This document shows, one piece after another, positions 12,240-23,816 of a stretch of DNA of 64,000 nucleotides; position 1 is the first letter of the stretch, and each line of letters opens with the position of its first letter. The notes under the pieces are model-generated. The model was not told the DNA's origin, ran no database searches, and was given only the letters and a program-made list of their open reading frames with translations. The position numbers were made by a program, and so were the translations under genes. This DNA is from Octopus sinensis (Eukaryota), in contig NC_043012.1 of NCBI RefSeq assembly GCF_006345805.1, forward strand, positions 21,576,001 through 21,640,000. The letters are read 5' to 3'.

Positions 12240-12497
12240 CATGTTAAGTTAAGTTAATTTTTTGGCTCAAAAAGCAAAAGCAAGGCCATGTAGGGGGACA
12301 TGGAGTTATGTACAGGGAGGGTATTCATGCAAAGAGTTCAGGCCATTTCTAGTCAAGAGAGACTTTGAACTGAGCGGTCGTCGGCATCTTCGCTATCTCG
12401 TCCGGCAACTTATTCCACGGATCCGCAACCCGGACGGAGAAAGCCCCTCTCCTTCGATCCAGTACAATCTGTTGCATGGCCGGGTCGTCGGCGACTA
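12240..12497 (-). mobile_element. CR1/L2-group LINE 3' end
   Basis: The minus strand translates LDRRRGAFSVRVADPWNKLPDEIAKMPTTAQFKVSLD*KWPELFA*, the typical CR1 ORF2 C-terminus (FSxRVxxxWNxLP...FKxxLD). A short 3' UTR ending in (TTAAC)n follows. Confidence 0.8.
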
Positions 12498-12617
12498 AAC
12501 TGGCAACCCCACCAGGCTTGCTTGGTGAGGAGGGTGATTGCTAGACAGCCTGCAGGACGAAAAATAAGACCTGTGAAAGGGCGAAAGAGCTCATGAGCAG
12601 TCGACGGCCATCCAACA

Positions 12618-12650
<33 letters not shown>

Positions 12651-12676
12651 CACGCACGCACGGGGACATTGAAGTA

Positions 12677-14923
12677 GGGGAGACCGGGGCAAGTTGACAC
12701 AATTTCTCTAGAGAAAATGCGAAACTAATTTCGGACGATTTAATGACATCATAGTAGTGCTGTTAGTATAACATTCCCCTTCATTTGACTTCGTCGCCGT
12801 TTTGAGAGTTTGTCTGCTACCCGCGGACAACATTGGAATTTTCCACTTGGTAAGTTATTTTCGACATTTTTGATAATTAGTTATTTTGGATATTGTTTAA
12901 GACTGCATTATATGTATTAAACCTTATGGAGTTAGTAAAATATCTCTCACGACCCTATAGAAATAGAGTCTTGCGAAACCCTTGCGGTTTTCTCTCAGTG
13001 TTTACATTTACGAGGGAAATGGTGTCGGGGCAAGTTGACAGATGCAAACAGGAGCACGTTGACACAGTGTGTCAACTTGCCCCGGCCTGTGATAAAGTTG
13101 TTGTAGGTTGCTTCCATTGATTCACAGACTGTACCTATCCCATTTTAACTAAGAGTGTTTGCTATTTGATTCATGTCTGGTACATTGGATCAATTCATTG
13201 AATAATTTATGTATTGCTTGCTATAGTTTTAGATCAGCTATCTTTATCTATACCAACCTGTTCTATCTTCATACCGCTACCTTCATACCGCCACTGCGCC
13301 AAGGCCGCTGAAGCAAACAACAACGATCACAGTCTTAGTGGATACAAAAAGCCACGGCAAGTTCTCACCGACGAGTTCGAGAATCAGTTAGAGGCGTATG
13401 TTTTGGCTGCCGCAGAAATTTACTATGGGCTTGCTCCAAAGGATGTGCGGAAATTGGCTTTTCAGATGGCAAAGGCACATGGATGTAATATCCCTCCAAC
13501 CTGGCATGAGACAGAAACGGCAGGTGAAGACTGGTTTTCTGGGTATCTTCAACGACACAAGAATTTATCCATAAGAAGTCCACAGGTAACAAGCTTGGCA
13601 CGGGCAACAAGTTTCAACAAGACAAATATTGCTATGTTTTTCAACCAACTTGCTGAGATGATGCTTCGGTATAAATTTGATCCATTCAATATCTACAACA
13701 TGGATGAAACTGGCATAACAATTGTGTAGCGCCCCGATAGAATTATTGCCTGAAAAGGAACAAAGCAAGTGGGGGAAAATGACAAGTGCGGAGAGGGGAA
13801 CTCTCGTCACATTGGCATGCTGTGTAAATGCCGCTGGAAACAGCATACCACCGTTTTTTGTTTCTCCCCGGAAGAACTTTAGGCCACATTTCCTGAACAA
13901 TGGACCATCAGGCAGCGATGGAGGTGCTAATCCATCTGGTTGGATGTGTGAGGAGCAGTTTGTGAAATTCCTTCAACACTTTGTGAGGAATGTGAAATGT
14001 TCAAAGCAGTCACTGAGCCTTCTCTTGCTGGACAATCATGATTCCCACCTTAGTATCGAGGGGCTGATTATGCATCAGACAATAGCATCACCATGCTTTC
14101 TTTCCCACCTCACTGCACACACAGGTTACAGCCGTTGGACAAAGCGGTCTATGGACCACTGAAGAAGAACACAAACACTGCCATTGATGACTGGCATATC
14201 AACCATCCTAGCCAGACGATGACCATTTATGACATTCCGTGTATTGTCAAAACTGCATGGCCAGTGACTGCAACTCTGACGAACATTCTTAGTGGCTTTT
14301 CTTCTACAGGAATACGCCCTTTTAATTGCAACATTTTCACAGACAGCAACTTTGCACCAAGCTATGTCACTGACCGACCGGATCCTGCACTTTCAGCACC
14401 TGAGCCTTCTGCACCTGAAACACATGGGCCTTCAAGCAACATAGCCGCCAGGTCTTTTCTTTCACCATTTCAAATCCGTCCACTACCCAAAGCAGGCCCA
14501 AGGAAAGAATCAACCAGAGGAAGAAAGAAACTTTGTTCTGAAATCCTCACTGACTCGCCGGTTAAAAGAGCAATCATAGAAGAAAAGACAAAAAGTAAAA
14601 GTAAAAAGAAGACAAACATTGATAAAGGAACGATAAGAAAGGGACTCAGTAAGGGCAGGTCAACGAAGGGAAAAGGTCCAACTGTTTTGAGGAAGAGTGT
14701 TATTGCTTAGTGTGCTGCGAGCCTTTTTCCAACAGCAAAAGAAGGGAAGTGTGACTTCAATGCTCTGATTGTAAAGGTTGGGTTCACGAGGCATGCACTC
14801 TAGGTCTGACAATATTCACATGCCCAAATTGTGACTCTGATGATAATATGTAATGAACCGTAATTAAAGCCCTTGATCAAACCAACAAGCTTATATCATG
14901 TGTTTCAACTTGCCCCGGTATCG
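12677..14923 (+). mobile_element. Decayed pogo-superfamily DNA transposon (DD35D), flanked by TA
   Basis: Terminal motif ACCGGGGCAAGTTGA.AC at 12683, inverted at 14901-14919, with extra internal copies at 13027 and 13068-13085. TA at 12675-12676 and 14924-14925. Confidence 0.85.
13270..14853 (+). pseudogene. pogo/Tigger-like transposase pseudogene: CENP-B-type HTH, DDE_1 (DD35D), C-terminal PHD-like Cys/His finger
   Basis: Motifs YNMDETG, LLLLDNHDSH, LQPLDKAVYGPLK, with 35 residues between D2 and D3 after repairing one frameshift. C-terminus CYCLVCCEPF...CSDCKGWVHEAC...FTCPNC. Lesions: TAG 13727, TGA 13751, frameshifts near 13775, 14065 and 14690, TGA near 14753. Confidence 0.88.
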
Positions 14924-15990
14924 TAGGAGGCATAAAGAAATTAAAAAAAATTACGGAAATTGCCGAACAAATGCTTTCACTTTTGATAAACCATCTCCAT
15001 AATTTCGCCCAGTCGTCTCAGGTACTTAGGGCGATGGAGTCAGTTAACCCCTCCCCGGTGAACTAGCAGAATCGTTAGTACGCCTGACAAAGTGCTTAGC
15101 GGCATTTAGTTCGTCTTCAGGTACCCAGTTCAAATGCTGCCGAGGTAGACTTTGCCTTTCGTCCTTTGGGTTCGATAAAATAAATACCTATTTCTTTACT
15201 ACCCACAAGGGGCTAAACACAGAGAGGACAAACAAGGACAGACAGACGGATTAAGTCGATTATATCGACCCCAGTGCGTAATTGGTACTTATTTAATCGA
15301 CCCCGAAAGGATGAAAGGCAAAGTCGACCTCGGCGGGATTTGAACTCAGAACGTAGCGGCAGACGAAATACTGCTAGGCGTTTCGCCTGGCGTGCTAACG
15401 TTTCTGCCAGCTCGATAAAATAAATACCAGTTCGATACTGGAGTCGATGTAATTGAGTGACCCACCACCACCACCACCAATATTCCAGGCCTTGTGCTTA
15501 TAGTAGAAAGTGTTATTAAATAATAAGACGGCGAGCTGGCAGAATCGTTAACACGCCGGATGAAATGCAGCGAAGCATTTCATCCGTCTTCACGTTGTGA
15601 GTTCAAATTCTGCCGAGGTCGACTTTTGCCTTTCATCCTTTCAGGGTCGATAAAATAACTATCAGTCGAGTACTGAGGTCGATGCGATTGACTTACTCTT
15701 CCTCCAAAATTGCTGGCCTTGTGCCAAAATTTGAAACCATTATTATGGTGGCAAGCTGGCAGAATCGCTGTTGCCCCGGACAAAATGCTTATTAGCATTT
15801 CTTCCGGTTTTACATTCTGAGTTCAAATTCCGGCGAGGTCGTCGACTTTGCCAGTCCCCATCCCCCACCCCGAGGTCAATAAAATAAAGTACCAATTGAA
15901 TATTGTGGGGTGGGGGAGTGAAGTGTTTGGTTTACTGTCTCCCTTCGAATTGCTGGCCTTGTAAACCTTGTAGAAAGAATTAATTACTAT

Positions 15991-16250
15991 TGCAGCGTGG
16001 AAGGTGTTTGTAAGCCATTTAAGAAACACACAAAAGCCGTTCGATTCACTTCAACATTTAAGTTTAATTTGTCAAAATATTTTCGTCGCTAAAATCCGCG
16101 ACCTGTTCACTGACAAAAATCCGTGGAAGAGAATCGAACGGCTTTTGTGTGTTTCTTAAATGGCTTATAAACACCTTCCACGCTGCAATTGTTTTCGTTC
16201 CAGCCACACGATCTCAGATCAAATCACTTGCTATGGCGAGTACATCTCCT
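15991..16250 (-). mobile_element. Penelope-style short element: inverted terminal copy + hammerhead-bearing core + tail
   Basis: ~60-bp inverted arms at 15989-16047 / 16131-16189. Probable ~11-bp TSD TAATTA(C/T)TATT (15981-15991 / 16251-16261). Confidence 0.65.
16068..16117 (-). ncRNA. Minimal type I hammerhead ribozyme fold with G3:C8 core variant
   Basis: UUUGUCA-GUGAACA-G-GUCGC(GGAUUUUA)GCGAC-GAAA-AUAUUU-UGACAAA: 7-bp stem I, 5-bp stem II, palindromic AAUAUU stem III. Confidence 0.7.
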
Positions 16251-17168
16251 TAATTATTATTATTATTATTACTATTATTAAGGCGGCGAGCTGGCAGAAT
16301 CGTTAGCACGCCGGGCGAAATACTCAGCAGTATTTCGTCTGTCGTTACGTTCTGGGTTCAAACACCGCCGAGGTCGACTTTGCCTTTCATCCTTTCGGGG
16401 TCGATAAATTAAGTACCAGTTACTCACTGGGGTCGATATAATCGACTTAATACCTATGTCTGTCCTTGTTTGTCCCCTCTGTGTTTAGCCCCTTGTGGGC
16501 AATAAAGAAATAAGTATTTCGTCTGTCGTTACGTTCTGGGTTCAAACACCGCCGAGGTCGACTTTGCCTTCATCCTTTCGGGGTCGATAAATAAAGTACG
16601 AGTTACGCACTGGGGTCGATGTAGTTGACTTAATCCCTTTGTCTGTCCTTGTTTGTCCCCTCTGTGTTTAGCCCCTTGTGGGCAATAAAGAAATATATTA
16701 TTACTATTATTATCTACCTTGCTAAATGGAGTTCTCTAAATGGTGAGTTTCAGAATGATTTGTCAATGGCAATCATAACAATAACAACACTGCAATGACG
16801 TGAGTTCAAATACGGGCGGGGTTTGGGAAAGAAAAAGAAGAAAAACAAAGCAAAACAAGAAACAGCAGTCAGAACTTCACACCTACGACCACCCCCTAAG
16901 TATCTCCATTTCAACGCATAGTTTCCTTCTTTGTAGGTTTAATTTCCTTTAATATAGTTTTTCCTTCTTCTCTCTTTCATTGTAACAAAATACAGTTTTC
17001 ATATATTTCCAAATGTAAACGTCACAGCATTTATTAGGTCCTCTCTTTTAATTTCCATCCGTCTATGCGTCGTGGCAGTTGGTTATTGGTGAAGTATTTA
17101 TTATATTATTTTATTTTCCGTTCTTTACCAACACTGTTTAATTAATTACATGGGCAATCTTTCGTCTC

Positions 17169-17306
17169 AATACATGTAAATATATAGACACATAGATGTA
17201 TCCTTGTTTATATGTAAGTATATAAAGTATATACTGTTTAATTAATACATGTAAATATATAGACACATAGATGTATCCTTGTTTATATGTAAGTATATAA
17301 AGTATA
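17169..17306. repeat. Local tandem duplication, 75-bp period
   Basis: AATACATGTAAATATATAGACACATAG...GTATATAAAGTATA starts at both 17169 and 17244. Confidence 0.9.
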
Positions 17307-18462
17307 CATTATAAATTAATAGTTTAATTTATGCGCGATAGATAGATAGATGTTAATGCATAAATGAGGTAGTAATGCAGATCTAATTATTATAAAGTGT
17401 TTGGTCAACGTGTTCTTCCTAGTCTAACACCCATATTAAACTGCTGCTGTGTTTGTAAACATTTGCTACACGCGTTTATGATTCCTCCTTTTATCGGTGA
17501 AAGCGGAAATCACGGATTCCTTCAATTGCAACGATGTAAGAAGAGCGAACTACTTCTTGGCCAATATTTTGGTTTCATCAATTATATTAAGAGCTGCTTC
17601 GTTTATATTACTTTTCTGTAACATCTTAAAAAATAATAGATGTAGTTCGATAACTTTATTCTTTTTATGATTTGCTAGAAATGAAACGAGTAGGATGACA
17701 TAGACACCAAAGCAATTGAGTTATTTTGTGCAGTTTTCACGGATTTATTGTCATATTTAAATACTTTGGCAACTCCTAGTTTTAATTTGTAAGTTGTTTT
17801 TATTTTGTATTTTCCGTGTTATTGTTATTACAAATACTAGTATTTGCTGTTGTTTTTCTAATGTGGACAAGGGGGTACTAGTATCGTGGACAAATAGGTT
17901 TAAAATAACGCGCGTACGTTGTAGAAAGGGAAATACTTTTCGTTCCTTAAAAAGTTTCAACTCTTTAAAACAAATATCAACTCTTAGTACCTGATTGTGT
18001 TTCTGTTTTAGGAGGTAGACATTCCTTCAACTTTCATCGATCTGATATCGATCTCGAGTAACCACGACGACATATATAAGCAGTGCCTGGCAGTGGGCAT
18101 GATCTGGATGCAACGTGAAGGGCGAAATACCCGATATATACCCGCCTTCGTCTCAAACTTTTCACCGTTCCCCTAATAGCTGTGCTCAGATCTTCGACCC
18201 AAACGATCCATCATATGGTGCCTTATTTTAAAAAAATCAATTTTGTTTTTCTACCAACTGTTTCCAGAAATATCAAGTAAGAATTTATTATTTGTTCTAC
18301 TTTCAGTCGTTCGCTTTTTATGTTTTGGTGTCTATACAATAACAAACCACATTGTTGATTTGATGTTTAAGAAAAAGCACCCTGACCATAAGAAGTCCCT
18401 TCTGATTAGGCATAGCTACTTTCTGTTGTTCAGGGTACGCAATAGACTGGAACAAGCCCTTT

Positions 18463-18503
<41 letters not shown>

Positions 18504-20055
18504 TGTACTTGTTTATTCCCAAAGAAAGAAAAGCAGAACTCAATTTCGGTAACATTTGAACTTAGAAATGTTGCTGAATTAAATTTATATGTAACACCGT
18601 TCTGGTATCTTCGTCTTTTTTTGAAAGAAGAGGCCCCGAGGTATATAGATTTGAAAGTATTTGACTGGGCTCGCAGCTACCTCAGTCATTCACGCCACCT
18701 TAAAACTGTGCGATGGTTTTCTTATCTTGACACAAGACTAAACATGTGCAGGGGAAAAGCTTAAACGATCGAGACGAATTTGTGATGTAACTGGGTTTTA
18801 ATTGATGGTATGATAAACAAACAAACAAACAAATAAAAATAAAATATAAAACAAAGGTGAGCCCACCCACCCCTACTCCGGTTGGATTTCAAGTTCGAAC
18901 CGAGCGTGATAGTATATAATGTTTAGTTTGGTGTCTCTACTGTCTCGACCACCCTTCTTTGGATGTAAAACTTTTGGACTGACTATTTCTAGAATAACAT
19001 GCTCAATTAATAAAAAACAGGTCGGAAGGGAATCTGAAGAAATTACTGATGGTCCCTGTCAGGAAATAGTTATTGATAAAAGTTCAAAACAAGGAGACTA
19101 GAATATTTCGTGAAGAAGATAAGACTGCGTTAATTCGCTTGTGAGTTTAAGCTGACTTCTTTTTTATTTCTTCGCGGCATAAAAATTAATCACACTGTGC
19201 GAAGGAACATTTTGGACAGATACATCCAACACCGCACACACGCAAACACACACAATCGTATCTTTCTCAATATATATATATATACGTGGGTGTGTGGGCG
19301 TGCGGTTAACGCATGTATATACTGGCGAATTTACAAAAAATTGTTTATTTGTTTTCCTTTAGAGAATTCCTCAGTTGAAATTTAACACAACTTAAAGAAC
19401 GATTCGAAGATCAAAAACCCAATTCGTTTCCATTAATATGTAATCGCTGCAAAATTTCTGACACGTGGCAGTTGTTGATTTAAGAAATCAGTTGTTTATT
19501 GACTCTAAAGAAATATAAATATTTGGGTTTAGTTCGTTCTCTTGGTTCTTTCCTTTCTTTATTTTTATATTGTCCTCCTTCGTCAAGTTCTCCGACACTT
19601 TTGTTGACATTTTTCTCCAATTCAACTTCGTCGTCATTTTAACTGAAATATATATATATATATATATATAAATATATATTAGAAGGTTTGGAGATGATGT
19701 ACAGGTATTTTATATTAGAAGAAATGAGGTACTCAGAAATGAAATTCGGATGGTTTTATATTTACAGATATTTATTTGTATATTACATGTTTTTATACAT
19801 CATATAACTTATATCATATGTCATATATTAGTGCTTTCGTCCATTCTAGTAGAGTTTTCAAATATATATATATACATATATATTATGACTTTGCCTTTCA
19901 TCCTTTCGGGGTCGATAAATTAAGTACCAGTTACTCACTGGGGTTGATGTAATCGACTTAATCCATTTGTCTGTCCTTGTTTGTCCCCTCTACATTTAGC
20001 CCCTTGTGGGCAATATAGAAACAAATATATATATACACACACACATACATATATT

Positions 20056-20092
<37 letters not shown>

Positions 20093-20096
20093 GATA

Positions 20097-20127
<31 letters not shown>

Positions 20128-20135
20128 TATAGATA

Positions 20136-20168
<33 letters not shown>

Positions 20169-20779
20169 TATATAAATGTATGTATATATATATATATATA
20201 TATTTCATATTAGTGTATATATAAGTATACCTTTAATATAGGATAAAATTTTTTTTCCAAAAAATTTCAAGTGACCAGCATATTAAAATATCTTTTAAAG
20301 TGAAAATTATAAACAATTATAAATAAGTGGAAAAGAAAAAATGTCTATGCCAATATGCTTAGAAATAGACTTTAAAGCATCAGTCATCACATACAATATA
20401 CATCACTATAAATACATGCCGTGTTGAAAACGAGTGGATGTTTTGCGTTCTTGTCCCATTTTTAAAGTATATATATATATATATATATAGGTAAACAGTA
20501 AAAATAATTACAGACATGGACAAGAACATGAAACACCACAGAGACGACACAAGAACCACAGGACGGGACATTCGAAGCCCTCAGTCATCAGTCAAGAACC
20601 AGATCATCTTAGCAATTTCGGCTGATATATATATATATATACACACATTGTGTGTGTTTTATCATTTTGAACAGCTTATATTAAACTAATGTATATTTTA
20701 GTTGGCAGATCTTAAAATTTAGATGCTAAACATATAATGTGGATGTTAAAAGATGATGATGAGCATATATGCATGTATG

Positions 20780-20813
<34 letters not shown>

Positions 20814-20904
20814 ATATATATGTTTGTTTGTTTGTTTTTGTTTTTCCAGTTTCAGCTCTTGAGCTGTGGCCATGCTGGGGCACCGCCATTGTGGTGAAAG
20901 AGTA

Positions 20905-21040
20905 CAGCAGGGATCACCACCCCCTGCCGGAGCCTCGTAGAGCTTTTAGGTGTTTTCGCTCAATAAACACACACAACGCCCAGTCTGAGAATCGAAACCG
21001 CGATCCTGCGACCGCGAGTCCGCTGCCCTAACCACTAGGC
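20905..21040 (-). mobile_element. SINE family C, partial
   Basis: Matches the 5' part of 2342-2726. Confidence 0.75.
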
Positions 21041-21059
21041 CATATATATATATATAATC

Positions 21060-22170
21060 ATCATCATTTTTATTACCCGTTGTCCATGCTGGCATGAGTT
21101 GGACGGTTTGTCCAGGGCTGGGAAGCTGGAAGGCTGCACCAGACTCCAATCTGATTTGGCATGGTTTCTACGGCTGGATGCCCTTACTAACGCCAACCAT
21201 TCTGAAACTGTAATGGGTGCCATTTGTGTGACATCAGTATCTGTCAAGTAACTGCGATTTTGCTTAGCTTGATGGGACTTCTTCTCAAGCACAACATAAT
21301 GCCAAATGTCTCCGTCAATGTCTCGTGAGGCCCAACACTCAAAAGGTGCTTTTTACATGCAACCGCCATGAGTGACACACGACTACGAATTCACTTGACT
21401 TGACAGGTATTCTTTAGCACCGGTCACTATTCATTGCTTCTGTGAGGCTCAAAATTAAAAAATCATGACTCATCACCGTGTCCCATGTCTTTCTGGGTCT
21501 ACCTCTACCACAGGTTCCCTCCACAGTTAGAGACCGGCACTTCTTTACACAGCTGTCCACATCCATATGCATCACATGACCACACCAGTACAGTTGACTC
21601 TCTTGCACACCACATCTGATGCCTCTTATGCCCAAGTTTTTTTCTCAAGATGCTTACACGCTGTCATGCATGCACACTGACATTGCACATCCAGTGAAGC
21701 ATACTGGTTTAATTTCTTTCAAGCTTACGCATGTTCTCAGCTCTCACAACCCATGTTTCACTGCTGTGTAGCATAGCTGTTCCCATACAGGCATCATACA
21801 ATCTGCCTTTCATTCTAAGGGAGAGACCCTTTGTTGCCAGCAGAGGTAGGAACTCTCTGAAGTTTGCCCATCCTAATCTTATTCTCATAGCTGTGCTCTT
21901 GGAGTATCCACCTCTGCTACTAATTTGGTTACCTAGATAACAGAAGCTATCTTCTACCTCTAGCTTACCCCATTACCATTTAATGGAATCTATTTTCTGG
22001 AGATTTTTGGTGTTTATTGTACCTGTGCATCTTCCACACACAAAAGTTATTTTCCTTATTAATCTTCCTCTGATATTGCTGCACTTCTTATGTGTCCATA
22101 GCTTATAGAGGTTCTACCTACACCTTTTCTACAAATTCAGCAGGGCCATCTACCTGAAGGGATCTGTAGG
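21060..22170 (-). mobile_element. RTE-clade LINE 3' fragment, including a 3' UTR that resembles family D
   Basis: The minus strand translates LEVEDSFCYLGNQIS...RIRLGWANFREFLPLL...GRLYDAC...SETW...YWCGHVMHM...GRGRPRKTW, the RTE C-terminal motifs. An upstream Cys/His stretch reads LWTHKKCSNIRGRL...FVCGRC. The tail ends in (GAT)n near 21060. Confidence 0.85.
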
Positions 22171-23245
22171 TGGCGAGCTGGCAGAATCGTTAGCACACCG
22201 GGCGAAATGCGTAGCCGTATTTCGTCTGCCGTTACGTTCTGAGTTCAAATTCCGCCGAGGCCGACTTTGCCTTTCATCCTTTCGAGGTCGATAAATTAAG
22301 TACCAGTTATGCACTGGGGTCGATGTAATCGACTTAATCCGTTTGTCTATCCTTGTTTGTCCCCTCTGTGTTTAGCCCCTTGTGGGTAGTAAAAGAAATA
22401 TGTGATTTGTATGCCTTCCTACTTACTAGGGACTTTGGTTTTTGAAACATTAACTCTAAGGCCCTTCAATTCTAGACCTTGCTTTCATACCTGAAACTTC
22501 TTTTCTAGTTCTGGTTGGGATTCAGCTATAAGAACAAGGTCATAGGGCCACATGAAAACAACAATTAAAATGAAAATAATACATATACAGCAAAAAAAAG
22601 CCTTAGGGCTGCAAGACAAGACAAAAATGGGTAATGCGAAGGAGAAATGAAAACTGTCCTAAAGGACTATAAACACAGGAGAGTGGGGTAGAGCGAGGAG
22701 CTCAGAAAATAATATATGTACACATGTGTCTGGCCATGGGGAAGTATTGCCTTACTTGGAAACAAGTGAGGATTGGTGACAGGAAGGGCAACCAGCTGCA
22801 GAGAATCTGCTTCAATAAACTCTATCTGAACCATATGAGCTTGGAGAAGTGGATGGTTAATCTGATGATGATTAACTTTAAGCAGGGATTTTTAACCCCC
22901 TTCTTGTACTTATTTCAGTCCTTGAGCTGAGGCCAGGCTGGGGCATCACTTTGAAGGGTTTTATTTTTTCATATCTATCCCAGTACATAATTATAATTAT
23001 CATTTTAATATCCATGATCCATGCTGGCATAGAGTGCACACTTTGAGAAGGATCCAATGAGTTGAAGAACTACACTGTGATCCATTTTGTCTGCTTTGGC
23101 ATGGTTTCTGTGCATGGATGCAATTCCTAATGTCAACCACTTTACAGGGTGTACTGGGTGCTTTTTCCCTGCCACCAGCTCTATCAAGGTCACCAAGTGG
23201 CTTGCAAGTGAACAAACCCTGTGAAGGAGAACACTACATTTGTAT

Positions 23246-23816
23246 ACAGTTCTATATTTAAGAGATTAGGAATTATGTACATTATTTACAGAATTTACAT
23301 TTGACAGATATTTGTTCTCATCTTGTTTGTTGTTAACACAACGTTTTGGCTGATATACCCTCCAGCCTTCATCAGGTGTCTTGGGGAAATGGGCATATGG
23401 CATAGTGGTTAAGAGCACAGGCTACTAACCCCGAGATTCCAAGTTCGATTCCAGGCAGTGACCTGAATAATAATAATAATAATGATGATGATGGTTATAA
23501 TAATTATAATAATAATAATAATAATAATGATGATGATGATGATGATGATGGTAATAATAATAATGATGATCATGATGGTAATAATAATAATGATGATGAT
23601 GATGGTAATAATAATAATAATGATGATGGTAATAATAATAATAATAATGATGATGGTAATAATAATATCGGAAAATACCTTAGGAATGAGAACCCAGGTT
23701 CGAAATTTCCCCAAGACACCTGATGAAGGCTGGAAGGTACATCAGCTGAAACGTTGTGTTAACAACAAACAAGATGAGGACAAATATCCGTGAAATGTAA
23801 ATTATGTAAATAATGT
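23246..23816 (+). mobile_element. tRNA-headed, hammerhead-tailed Penelope-like element, copy 1
   Basis: 13-bp TSD ACTACATTTGTAT (23233-23245 / 23817-23829). Order of parts: inverted tail copy 23246-23390, tRNA-like head 23391-23465 (A box TGGCATAGTGG, B box AGTTCGATTCC), (AAT/GAT)n 23466-23667, tail 23668-23816. Confidence 0.85.
23715..23760 (+). ncRNA. Minimal type I hammerhead ribozyme fold, intact core
   Basis: GACAC-CUGAUGA-A-GGCUG(GAAGGUACAU)CAGCU-GAAAC-GUU-GUGUU with palindromic AACGUU stem III. Predicted cleavage after U23755. The inverted copy at 23335-23380 carries G12A. Confidence 0.75.

Noticed and set aside
18243-18764. 173-aa ORF
   Set aside because: Spans an (ATT)n tract, has no recognisable domain or splice support, and has AT-biased composition.
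20590-20630. Minus-strand CAGCC-GAAAUU-GCUA, possible 3' half of another hammerhead
   Set aside because: The 5' half is absent (replaced by (TA)n), so a fold cannot be supported.
23391-23465. Possible genuine tRNA gene (also the SINE heads at 2342, 38073, 28137)
   Set aside because: A and B boxes are present, but acceptor and anticodon stems are not properly paired and each head runs into a repeat body; these are SINE-type heads.
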